Program-made: the position numbers and the translations under genes
DNA from: Candidatus Omnitrophota bacterium
GTDB lineage: Bacteria; Omnitrophota; Gorgyraeia; Tantalellales; Tantalellaceae
Assembly (NCBI GenBank): GCA_043823375.1
Contig: JBDRAX010000043.1
Span: forward strand, 1-51,618
Reading direction: 5' to 3'
DNA: 51,618 bases
Shown: positions 43,618-51,618 of the stretch, in pieces
Position numbering within the stretch: the stretch's first letter is position 1
Layout: every line of letters begins with the position of its first letter
The notes under the pieces: model-generated
What the model saw: the letters and a program-made list of their open reading frames with translations, nothing else
The model's database searches: none
Told to the model about the DNA's origin: nothing

Positions 43618-44682
43618 ATGGAAAAAAAATTTGAGCTTACAAGCCCGGCGGTGTTTATCGGTAAACAGGGTAATGGTGTGATAAGTTTCGGCTCAGGACA
43701 GCCTGATCTTCCTCCGCCTAAAGAGGCGATAGAAGGGATAGACATAAGGAAAGACTTGAGGTACGGCCTTATCCAGGGGGAACTAGCGCTCAGGGAAGCG
43801 CTGTCAAGGGAATATCCTGATTCCACGGCGGAAAATTTTGTTATTACGAACGGGGCGTCCGAAGCGCTTGATCTTATCTTCCGTTCTTTAGGCAAGGGGA
43901 AGGTGCTTCTTCCCAGGCCTTATTACTATTCATACCCGCCGATAATAAAGCTCGCTGGTATGGAGCCGGTATACACTGATCTTATCGACGGCAGGATAGA
44001 CCTCGATGATTTCAAGAAAAAGGTTAAAGATTGCAGGGCTGTTCTTATCAATTCGCCTTCGAACCCCACGGGGCGCGTCGAATCGATAGAAACACTGAAA
44101 GAAATAGAAAAGATAACCGCTAAACTCGGCATTTATGTAATTTCGGATGAAGTTTATAAGGACCTCATATATGAACGCGAAAATTATCATCTCCATGGCG
44201 AACATGTTATTACCGTGAATTCATTTTCCAAAACCTACGCCATGTGCGGGGTCCGCGTGGGATATTTGTGGAGCAGTGACCAGAAAGTCGCGGACGATGT
44301 CATAGAGCTTAAGACACATACTTCCATGAATACCAACCTTGTCGGGCAGGATATGGCTTTAAGGGCTATGGCGGCGCCGCGGCAGTATGTAATAGATCAG
44401 CAGAACATCTGGCGCGGCAGGAGAGACTTTATTTATAAGGGTTTTCTTGACCTCGGGTTCGAACTCTGGAAACCCGAAGGCGCGTTTTATATCCTTCCGA
44501 AATGTAAAAATTCCAGACAGATGCTTACGACACTTTATCTTGAATACAAAGTGATCGCGTATCTCGGTGAATGGTTCGGAGCCCCGGATCACCTGAGGCT
44601 CAGTTACGCGCTGGATGAAAAGGAAATTGCCAGAGGGCTTGAGCGTATAAAAGACGCGATGAAAAAAGTCAGATGTTTTTAA
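43618..44682 (+). CDS. PLP-dependent aminotransferase, class I/II (AspC-like)
   Basis: 354 aa. Contains FGSGQPD, ITNGASEALD, LINSPSNPTG, ISDEVY and NSFSKTYAMCGVRVGY (PLP lysine). Confidence 0.9.
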   Translation: MEKKFELTSPAVFIGKQGNGVISFGSGQPDLPPPKEAIEGIDIRKDLRYGLIQGELALREALSREYPDSTAENFVITNGASEALDLIFRSLGKGKVLLPRPYYYSYPPIIKLAGMEPVYTDLIDGRIDLDDFKKKVKDCRAVLINSPSNPTGRVESIETLKEIEKITAKLGIYVISDEVYKDLIYERENYHLHGEHVITVNSFSKTYAMCGVRVGYLWSSDQKVADDVIELKTHTSMNTNLVGQDMALRAMAAPRQYVIDQQNIWRGRRDFIYKGFLDLGFELWKPEGAFYILPKCKNSRQMLTTLYLEYKVIAYLGEWFGAPDHLRLSYALDEKEIARGLERIKDAMKKVRCF

Positions 44683-45014
44683 ACATCCGATCATGACGTG
44701 CTCTCGAAAAAAACGGGTTTATCCACACGATCTCCGGCCATGCCGACAATATTATGACGCGTAATCCGGCAGGGGCGGACCCCTTGAGTGTCCGCCTCAA
44801 GCGCGCGGTACGCCCTGCCTTACACGAACAAGCGTTACAACCCACTTCCAGGACCGTGACACATCTACGCTTATTTCTGAAACCCGTCCCGACACATTAA
44901 TTTTAAAAAAGTTAAAAATACAAAATCTAACAAGCTTTGTCTGTTGTTAACTTGACGAAATATATATAATATTCGCATACTTTAAATTTTAAAGAGGTAG
45001 TTTGTGGGTAAATT

Positions 45015-48000
45015 ATGAGTTGTGGGAAAAATAAAAATTTTAATAAGAACAACATTATTAATGTAATTCTATTGGCAGGCTTGTTAATTTGTGGAGAAAA
45101 ATGTGTATTTTCTTCAGATGTCCCTTCAGGCGCTTTGCACGTTCAATCTATTTTTAAGCCGCTGACTGATGTCTCCGGCGCTGAAAATGAAACACAGCTT
45201 GTTCTGGAAACAGCAATGATCCTGTTTTCCATAGACAAATATATCAAACAGGGATGTGAGGTTATTCCTTACAGGGATATAAACTGCGCGATGGACATCT
45301 GGTATCACAATCTTCCGGATACGGAGCATAACAGGACAGTGTTCAAAAGTAAGTCAAGACTGATATCTGTTACCGGAGGCTCTCTTGTTACGGAGAAAGA
45401 CAATTCTGTGAACATATCAGTTGCGGATGAAAACGGGAGGGAACGGAGGTTCAGAATATTTTCACGTCTCAAGGAAATAAAGAACGCTCCGGTATGCCCG
45501 GGCGATCTATCGATCGAAAGGATAAGCGACCTTGAGGATGCCGCGTGTTTTAAGGAAGGCTGTATGTATGATTATAAGGGCCGTTACGACGCGGAAGTGG
45601 AAAAGTTCCTGATGGCCCAGGCACGGGAAGAAGCGGCGCGAAAAGCCGTTGGCGCGGATTCAGAGACCGAAGCTTACCATCTTCTAAAGGACAGCACAAG
45701 GTTTGTGATAACGCGTAACGGCAGAAAGGTTATTTACTCCGGGCTATTAAAATACCACAGAAAAAAAGTAATGGAAATAGCGGCGGTCCTGAACGCGGAA
45801 GTGCCGTTTTACGCCGGGGTAAAGGTGAGCCCCTGTGCGGGATATCTCTTTATCTCGAGATATTATATCCCGCATCCGGGCGCGATGATACCTATTAAGG
45901 AAAAGCCGGGCTCTGAGAAGGCTTGCGGTGAAGAAAAACGGGAGGAATTTTTAGATATATTATTTTATCTTGATAATGACAGGACAAGGTTTGTGAGAAA
46001 TGTCATAAGAAAAATAAAGAGAGCCGCGTCTGATGAAAAGGACCCCTGTCACAAGAGAGCCGTTGAATTGCTTGAGATCGGAGAGAGGCGTGTTATCGAT
46101 AAATTGGATGAACTATACGGCGCTTCATATAACGGGGAGGATCTTAAAAACAGGGTATTTATGTCTCTGGGGATAAGCGGAGAATGGGATGGTGTTCTCC
46201 GTATCCATAAGATACGGAGAGAATTGAGAAATCCGGAGTTTCTCAGTCAGCTTTTCCCTGAATATATAAAAAGCGCGTGTGGGGAAGACATTGACGCGCG
46301 CGGTTTGAATGGCGCGCAGATAGAAGCGGTCGTGAATAAGATCATGAGAGAAGTATTTCTCTTTGTGGTTTCTCCGAGATCATGCCTGAGGGGGCACAGG
46401 GCGGATTTTGAAGCGGAAGAGGCGGCTAAGGAAAGATCCGAACAGCTTATTTCCTGCCATGTGCATCCCTTTCAGACTGCCTTTGAAAAGCTGAATACTC
46501 TTATGATGGAGCGCTTTTTGGTTTATGACAGGAACAAAATAAAAGAGTTCTTTTCCGAGCGGTTACCCGCTGAGCAGCTAGAACAGATCGTCGACGACCA
46601 CCTCGCGTCCCTTGAAGAAGATATGGGAAAAAATGACGAAAGGATAAGGGAGCTTGAGGAACTTATAAACGAGATTAAAAAAAATGGTTTTAAACAAGCG
46701 CGGGACAGTTATCTCAGGATCTTTTCATTTTTTGATTCTGTCGGATTCTCCCGGATACTGAGGCCGTGTTTATCGAATATTGATGAGAGCATAAGAGGCG
46801 AAAATGAAAAGGCCGCTTTTATTATATATCTTCTGTCGGAACGGGCGAATACATTGAGGAGAATAAAGAGAGAGCTCGGGGATGTATATCGCGCTATTAC
46901 GGATACGCGGGATTTTATATCAAGGGGCAATGTTCCTTCCGGTGACATAATAGAACATCTGACGTTTTCCGGTTTTTTTCATGATTCGGGTACTTTCGCG
47001 AGGAGCGAAAAAGACGCCGAGCATGAGTCAGAATACCGTATAATTTCAGAGTCAGGCCAAGCCCTGGATGAGATCCTTTCTATTATCGAAAATCCTCTGG
47101 GTACATCGTTTATTATAAGCTATAGAGAAGATTCCGGAACCGTTATTAATCAGGATACAGAGTGGGGCCTCAGGCTTTCCTGTTTTAACAGATATCAAAT
47201 TGGGCGGGGCATCGAAGGCAGATACCGTATAGTAGGTAACAGGGATCTTTCCAGTGGTGAAAGCCTCGACACTTTCAATTATGTTTTCTGGGAACAGAAG
47301 TTTGATTCTGTTATGCCATTCAGGAATTTTAACAGATCCACGTTTTTCCCTTCTGTTGTCGTAAAGGAAAAAGGATCCGGCCGATATTTTCAGATGCTTC
47401 CCCGTGATCCCGCGTCATGGAAAGATAAACGATACGCCGGGCAAATGATCTTTCTCATGGAGAACGGTTTCCCCGGGCTTGTCTTTAAAAACGATACTGT
47501 TGACGGTAAAGAAGTTCTTCTTATCGAGATTTTTCCGCGCGTCGATATACTCAGCAATGAAAAGAAAAAATATATCAGACAGGCGGCTTTCCGCGCCCGT
47601 AAGGGGATGCTGGAAATCGTGGATATTATGAAAGCGGCGGAATCTTTTTACAGAACAGGGCGGATCTTGTACAGGGCGGCTAAAAACGGTCTTAAGATCG
47701 ATAAGGCTTTCAGGGAAGAACTCGAACTGGAGGAATCAATACAAAAGCTGTTGGATATTGAAGGCCTGATAAGAGAAGGGATAGACCTTGAGCTTGAAGA
47801 CGTAATAAAGAAAAAGTTGCTTGCCGGAGATACGGTTTTGTACAGATACAACACGATTTTTAAAGAGATGGCCCGCCAGATAGCCCCCCCCGGAAAAAGG
47901 CTCGCTTTTGTCGGAAAAGTTTTAACCGCGGATGATAAAAATGACCTGACTCCGGAAAAGCTTCACGCGTTGAGGCAGGAAGTAGAATCAACCGGGAATG

Positions 48001-48968
48001 GGGACTCTGAGTTCAGCCGGGTTGAACAGGAAGAAATATTTGAGGCGCCCTTCTCCGGGGAAATAGCGGCCGTAAAACTTAATAACCCGCATAAAAGCGT
48101 TTTCTCGATCGTTCAGAAACTCGGTTACATTACGCGTTTTCTTTCCGATGCGGAAAAAAACGTGAAACATAATGGGTCTGCCGCTGTTATGCCGGGGGTC
48201 GATATAGTTATCGACAATACTTTTATATCCGGAAGAGATTTTGAAGATAGCGCTAAAACGGTCGCTTATCTTATAATGCTGTGTGAAAAAAAAAGACATC
48301 CGGGCGTTAACTATGTTTTTAAACAGCTGTTTAAAAAGGACGCCGATACCATGGGACAAGAACTCCTGTTAGATATCAGTAATGCCGCGGAAGCGTCAAA
48401 GATCGCCTCTCGGGTAAAAGAGATAATACGAGATGATGGCCATTTATTCCTCGATAGAGCGGGCGTGGACGGCCTTATCGGAAGGATACGGTCTTCTTTG
48501 AGCGGCGCGGATTTTGAAATACCGGTCCTTAACGGGGAGTGGCTCAGGTGGCGCAAGCGCGCGGGTATCGGGCTGAAGGAGAAAGAGTACCCGGTCGCTA
48601 TTGACGGATTTACGTCAGAGCCCGGCGGCGCCCTTTTTTCCCGTTCTGTCGAGGCGGCTCTCGCGACAGCTTTATGCAAGTCCGTTCTCCTGAGATGTCA
48701 GCGTAGAATGATTACGGGTACGGCTTTTGAAAAAGATTTTTCGGACGTAAAGGAAAGAACCGTGGAGGAACTCAATGAGATATATTCTCTTGTATACGGG
48801 ACGGCTTTTTCGATAACGGAAAATACGGTCGAGTATATGATATATCCGGGCGCGGATAAAAGGCTCGACCTGGCTATTGGTCTCGCGCTCCCTCCGGCGG
48901 CAAGGTTTAACCCGCGTGAGACCCGGGACCTCCACGAAATAACCAGAGACGCTTCTATGTCAGCGTAA
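45015..48968 (+). CDS. giant anchored protein 4 (unassigned body, weak match to the shared C-terminal module)
   Basis: 1317 aa. The N-terminus is MSCGKNKNFNKNNIINVILLAGLLICG. I recognise no catalytic motif. The C-terminal end ...IGLALPPAARFNPRETRDLHEITRDASMSA resembles the termini of the other giant proteins. Confidence 0.85.
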   Translation: MSCGKNKNFNKNNIINVILLAGLLICGEKCVFSSDVPSGALHVQSIFKPLTDVSGAENETQLVLETAMILFSIDKYIKQGCEVIPYRDINCAMDIWYHNLPDTEHNRTVFKSKSRLISVTGGSLVTEKDNSVNISVADENGRERRFRIFSRLKEIKNAPVCPGDLSIERISDLEDAACFKEGCMYDYKGRYDAEVEKFLMAQAREEAARKAVGADSETEAYHLLKDSTRFVITRNGRKVIYSGLLKYHRKKVMEIAAVLNAEVPFYAGVKVSPCAGYLFISRYYIPHPGAMIPIKEKPGSEKACGEEKREEFLDILFYLDNDRTRFVRNVIRKIKRAASDEKDPCHKRAVELLEIGERRVIDKLDELYGASYNGEDLKNRVFMSLGISGEWDGVLRIHKIRRELRNPEFLSQLFPEYIKSACGEDIDARGLNGAQIEAVVNKIMREVFLFVVSPRSCLRGHRADFEAEEAAKERSEQLISCHVHPFQTAFEKLNTLMMERFLVYDRNKIKEFFSERLPAEQLEQIVDDHLASLEEDMGKNDERIRELEELINEIKKNGFKQARDSYLRIFSFFDSVGFSRILRPCLSNIDESIRGENEKAAFIIYLLSERANTLRRIKRELGDVYRAITDTRDFISRGNVPSGDIIEHLTFSGFFHDSGTFARSEKDAEHESEYRIISESGQALDEILSIIENPLGTSFIISYREDSGTVINQDTEWGLRLSCFNRYQIGRGIEGRYRIVGNRDLSSGESLDTFNYVFWEQKFDSVMPFRNFNRSTFFPSVVVKEKGSGRYFQMLPRDPASWKDKRYAGQMIFLMENGFPGLVFKNDTVDGKEVLLIEIFPRVDILSNEKKKYIRQAAFRARKGMLEIVDIMKAAESFYRTGRILYRAAKNGLKIDKAFREELELEESIQKLLDIEGLIREGIDLELEDVIKKKLLAGDTVLYRYNTIFKEMARQIAPPGKRLAFVGKVLTADDKNDLTPEKLHALRQEVESTGNGDSEFSRVEQEEIFEAPFSGEIAAVKLNNPHKSVFSIVQKLGYITRFLSDAEKNVKHNGSAAVMPGVDIVIDNTFISGRDFEDSAKTVAYLIMLCEKKRHPGVNYVFKQLFKKDADTMGQELLLDISNAAEASKIASRVKEIIRDDGHLFLDRAGVDGLIGRIRSSLSGADFEIPVLNGEWLRWRKRAGIGLKEKEYPVAIDGFTSEPGGALFSRSVEAALATALCKSVLLRCQRRMITGTAFEKDFSDVKERTVEELNEIYSLVYGTAFSITENTVEYMIYPGADKRLDLAIGLALPPAARFNPRETRDLHEITRDASMSA

Positions 48969-49127
48969 ACGGCCGCCTGGATATTATTTTTTTTATCCGA
49001 TGTTTTTCCGCCTGAGATCATTTGTATCCCTGATCTCCAATCTGGTTATTGCGCGGAAAACTGGAAGAAAACCGAATATATAAAATAAGCATGGCAATAA
49101 CTTGCTGACGCGGATCGATACGCGCCT

Positions 49128-50144
49128 TTACCCGCACGATTCTCCGGGGATGAGCGAAGCTTGTATTGTTATTGTATTAGCCTGTTTTTTTCCATCAAGC
49201 ACATTGATAAGTAATGAGGCTGTTTCAATGCCGATCTGTTCAAAAGGGAAGGCGATAGAGCTTAGCCGCGGGCGGGTCATGGTGCCTATTTTTAAGCCGT
49301 CGAATCCGATCAGGTTTATGTCGCGCGGGCATGTTATGCCGTATTTCGGCAGGTTAATGAGCATATTAACCGCTATTTCATCATTCAGAGAAAATACGCC
49401 GGCCGGGAATTTAACGGTTCTTTTTATTGCTTCAATAGCCTGGATCCCGGATAAGAACGTGAACGGAAGTTCGATATTTTTGATTTCGGCTCGGATCTTT
49501 TCATTCTTTTTGAAGAACCCGTAAAAACCTTTTTTTCGAACTTCTGAGTGTAAAGATTTTCCCTGATCGGAGATGAGTATGAGATCTCTATAGCCTTTTT
49601 CAGAGAGTATTTTCGCTCCAAGCGCTCCAGCATGTTTATGATCAAGCAGTATATTATAGAAATTTTTATGTTCTATTTTATTGTCTATACTCACGACAGG
49701 GAAATTGTAATTTTTTAAAAGCTCGAAGGGTATTTCGAGCTTTTTGCAGTAAGGAGATAAAATTAATCCCGCTGTTTCATGATCGAGAAGCCGCCTGAAA
49801 ATTTCATCCGCCGTATAGTCAATTTGTATGGGCAGTATGGTTAGAGTGTACTCAGAGTCTATAATGACTTTGCTGAGCCCTTTTAGTATCTCCATGTAGT
49901 ACTCGTTGTAAAATATAGAGTCCATACCCACGGGAAGTATGAATGTGAGATTCGTGAGCTTCTGTTTTTTCAGGTTGCGCGCCTGTATATCGGGTTTGAA
50001 TCCTTCCTTTTTGACCAGGTCGAAAACCTTGTTTCTTGTGGATTCTTTGACCATATGCTCTGTTCTTTTGCTGAGCGCCCTTGAAACAGTCGAAGCGTTT
50101 ATCCCCAGTTTTCCAGCTATGTATTTCAGATTTTTCTTTTTCAT
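49128..50144 (-). CDS. LacI-family transcriptional regulator
   Basis: 338 aa. The N-terminal HTH is LKYIAGKLGINASTVSRALS. The C-terminal half has the periplasmic-binding-protein-like fold pattern. Confidence 0.9.
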   Translation of the reverse strand: MKKKNLKYIAGKLGINASTVSRALSKRTEHMVKESTRNKVFDLVKKEGFKPDIQARNLKKQKLTNLTFILPVGMDSIFYNEYYMEILKGLSKVIIDSEYTLTILPIQIDYTADEIFRRLLDHETAGLILSPYCKKLEIPFELLKNYNFPVVSIDNKIEHKNFYNILLDHKHAGALGAKILSEKGYRDLILISDQGKSLHSEVRKKGFYGFFKKNEKIRAEIKNIELPFTFLSGIQAIEAIKRTVKFPAGVFSLNDEIAVNMLINLPKYGITCPRDINLIGFDGLKIGTMTRPRLSSIAFPFEQIGIETASLLINVLDGKKQANTITIQASLIPGESCG

Positions 50145-50365
50145 GATTATGTTCCGGTTCTAATTTAATATCGGGCGAACGATTACTTAGTAAACTATGA
50201 TAGCGAGTATAATAAATATCCGCGACAGTATCAATAAAAAATTTTATCACGGAGATGAAATATATCCGTGGTAAAAACCAACGGGACCATCCGGAATGAC
50301 GGGGGGGATCCCATCAGTAATATGCCGGATATAGCCGATTTCAACGTGAGTATCGGGATAAAAAT

Positions 50366-50824
50366 TCAGCCTCCAAAAAATATTTTTACAACCAGCTTGC
50401 GTACTGTTCCGGACAGGCCGGCGCTTCGCCCGGGCCGGTGAAAGTCCTCGGGATAAAAAACCGCGAAAAGTCCTGGCTCAAGTATTATGGAAGAGTATTC
50501 TTCCGGGGGGTGGATAAAAAGGATATCTTTTTCTCCGCTGTATTCTTCTTTGACCTGAAAATTCGTGAGGTGTGTTATGTCTATTCGTTCTTTGCCTTCC
50601 AGCAATATCTGCACATCTATATATTTCCTGTGCGCTTCGAACGGATGAAGTGGCCCGTTTCCCGGGGTGTATTCCGATATTGACGCGTACATGGACGCGC
50701 CGTCCATCTCATATCTCGCGCTCCGCGCTCCGGGCGCGGTTTCCATGGCGAACCGTACGGCGTCCGCGAGTCGCGGGCACGCTTTTGAATATAATTCCGA
50801 ATTGGAGATCCTGTCATAGATCAT
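50366..50824 (-). CDS. YhcH/YjgK/YiaL (DUF386) family protein
   Basis: 152 aa. Contains FEAHRKYIDVQILLEGKERI and AVFYPEDFHRPG, typical of the EbgC/YhcH cupin family. It lies upstream of the LacI gene on the same strand. Confidence 0.85.
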   Translation of the reverse strand: MIYDRISNSELYSKACPRLADAVRFAMETAPGARSARYEMDGASMYASISEYTPGNGPLHPFEAHRKYIDVQILLEGKERIDITHLTNFQVKEEYSGEKDILFIHPPEEYSSIILEPGLFAVFYPEDFHRPGRSAGLSGTVRKLVVKIFFGG

Positions 50825-50919
50825 TTGGGGCCTTCCTTTCCTGATATTGTGGTATTATATACGATAAACGCGCGGGCGGCAACGGATATAAAATGTGTTC
50901 ATAACGGGAGGAGCGGGGT

Positions 50920-51498
50920 ATGGGAAAAAAAGTGATGGTTATTTCAGGAAGCCCGGTGAAAAACGGCAATACGTCCATACTGGTCGAATGGTTCAGGGAG
51001 GGGGCTCTCGCGGGAGGGGCGGATGTGGAGGTTATAGACGCGGCGAGGCTTAAATATAAATCGAACGGTTGCGCGTCATGCCGCTTGTGCCAGAAGAGCG
51101 ATAAATATGAATGTGTTATCGCGGACGACGCGAGGCCGGTCCTTGCGCGCATGGCGTACGCGGGCGCGATAGTATTCGCTACGCCGCTTTATTTTTTTTC
51201 CGCGAGCGCGCAGACAAAACTCGTGTTTGACAGGATGTTTTCCCTGTATAAGTGGGATAACGATGCGGGCACAATGAAAACTCCCCTCAAGGGTAAGAGT
51301 TTGTTCCTTATGGCCAGCGCTTATGAGGATGCCGGGCTTAGCGCCCTCGAGAAACCTTTTGCCATGACAGCCGATTATACGGGGATGAAGTTCGAGTCGC
51401 TTTTAGTGGCTAACGCCGGTGTTTCCGGAAGTATGAACGGCAGGCTGGATATACGAGATAAGGCCGTGGAACTGGGAAGAAAAGCGGCGGGGTATTGA
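50920..51498 (+). CDS. flavodoxin-like NAD(P)H-dependent FMN reductase family protein
   Basis: 192 aa. KVMVISGSPVKNGNTS is the N-terminal FMN-phosphate loop, and IVFATPLYFFSASAQ is also present. Confidence 0.85.
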   Translation: MGKKVMVISGSPVKNGNTSILVEWFREGALAGGADVEVIDAARLKYKSNGCASCRLCQKSDKYECVIADDARPVLARMAYAGAIVFATPLYFFSASAQTKLVFDRMFSLYKWDNDAGTMKTPLKGKSLFLMASAYEDAGLSALEKPFAMTADYTGMKFESLLVANAGVSGSMNGRLDIRDKAVELGRKAAGY

Positions 51499-51531
51499 AC
51501 AGGGTATTTTTGAAGAAGATGTTGCCGGAGA

Positions 51532-51618
51532 ATGAAAACGCGTAATTACCGTAAATACGGGAAGGCACCGTCTAATGTTGTGCCTGTCCACGGCGGGCCG
51601 GGGTTTTACTCCGGGACG
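51532..51618 (+). CDS. alpha/beta hydrolase, 5' partial (runs off the window)
   Basis: MKTRNYRKYGKAPSNVVPVHGGPGFYSGT. The HGGPG oxyanion motif is characteristic of proline-iminopeptidase-type alpha/beta hydrolases. Only 29 codons are visible. Confidence 0.45.
   Translation, partial: MKTRNYRKYGKAPSNVVPVHGGPGFYSGT

Noticed and set aside
49102-50250. ORFs 49102-49524 (+), 49939-50163 (+), 49424-49645 (-) and 49852-50250 (-)
   Set aside because: These are shadow or alternate-frame ORFs of the LacI-family gene, whose HTH and overall length are canonical.
50438-51152. ORFs overlapping the YhcH gene and the divergent promoter region (50438-50683, 50572-50844, 50617-50817, 50814-51152)
   Set aside because: They overlap well-supported genes on the opposite strand or in another frame, and their products are Arg/Pro-rich and unsupported.
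1-51618. Scan for tRNA, rRNA, transposase, integrase or IS termini
   Set aside because: I found no GTTCGAATC-type T-arm in a non-coding context, no rRNA-like stretches and no DDE or tyrosine-recombinase-like ORFs. None are reported.

Overview
This is a 51.6-kb bacterial chromosomal window, probably from an uncultured lineage, and almost all coding is on the + strand. (1) 1-4.4 kb is a decayed defence islet. It holds an AbiEi/AbiEii type IV toxin-antitoxin pair, a frameshifted and truncated hsdM stub, and a PD-(D/E)xK + DUF5655-like protein. An exact 23-nt direct repeat brackets the islet. (2) 5.2-12.5 kb is ordinary content: mazG, an RlmK/RlmL-type methyltransferase, a DUF2132/VF530 protein, a gadC-gadB-gadC acid-resistance operon and a secreted HEAT-repeat protein. 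(3) 13.1-18.6 kb encodes an 1823-aa secreted repeat protein. (4) 19.2-21.6 kb encodes a PreA-like flavoprotein and an FkbM methyltransferase. (5) 21.9-49.0 kb is the standout region. It holds four giant genes (1147+912, 2618, 952 and 1317 aa), each with an N-terminal hydrophobic anchor. They appear to share an unrecognised C-terminal module of about 150-200 aa. Between them they carry a GT4 glycosyltransferase, two PEP-synthase/PPDK-type ATP-grasp + phosphohistidine swivel pairs that lack a PEP/pyruvate domain, and a radical-SAM/SPASM-like core with a non-canonical Cys motif. An ArsR + CoADR-rhodanese-TusA-DsrE sulfur module, a STAS protein, an aminotransferase and a 256-bp palindrome-bearing tandem repeat are interspersed among them. 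(6) 49.1-51.6 kb encodes a LacI regulator, a YhcH/DUF386 protein, a flavodoxin-like reductase and the start of an alpha/beta hydrolase. I saw no rRNA, tRNA, CRISPR array, transposase or integrase. All family calls come from motif recognition by eye, and no searches were run.
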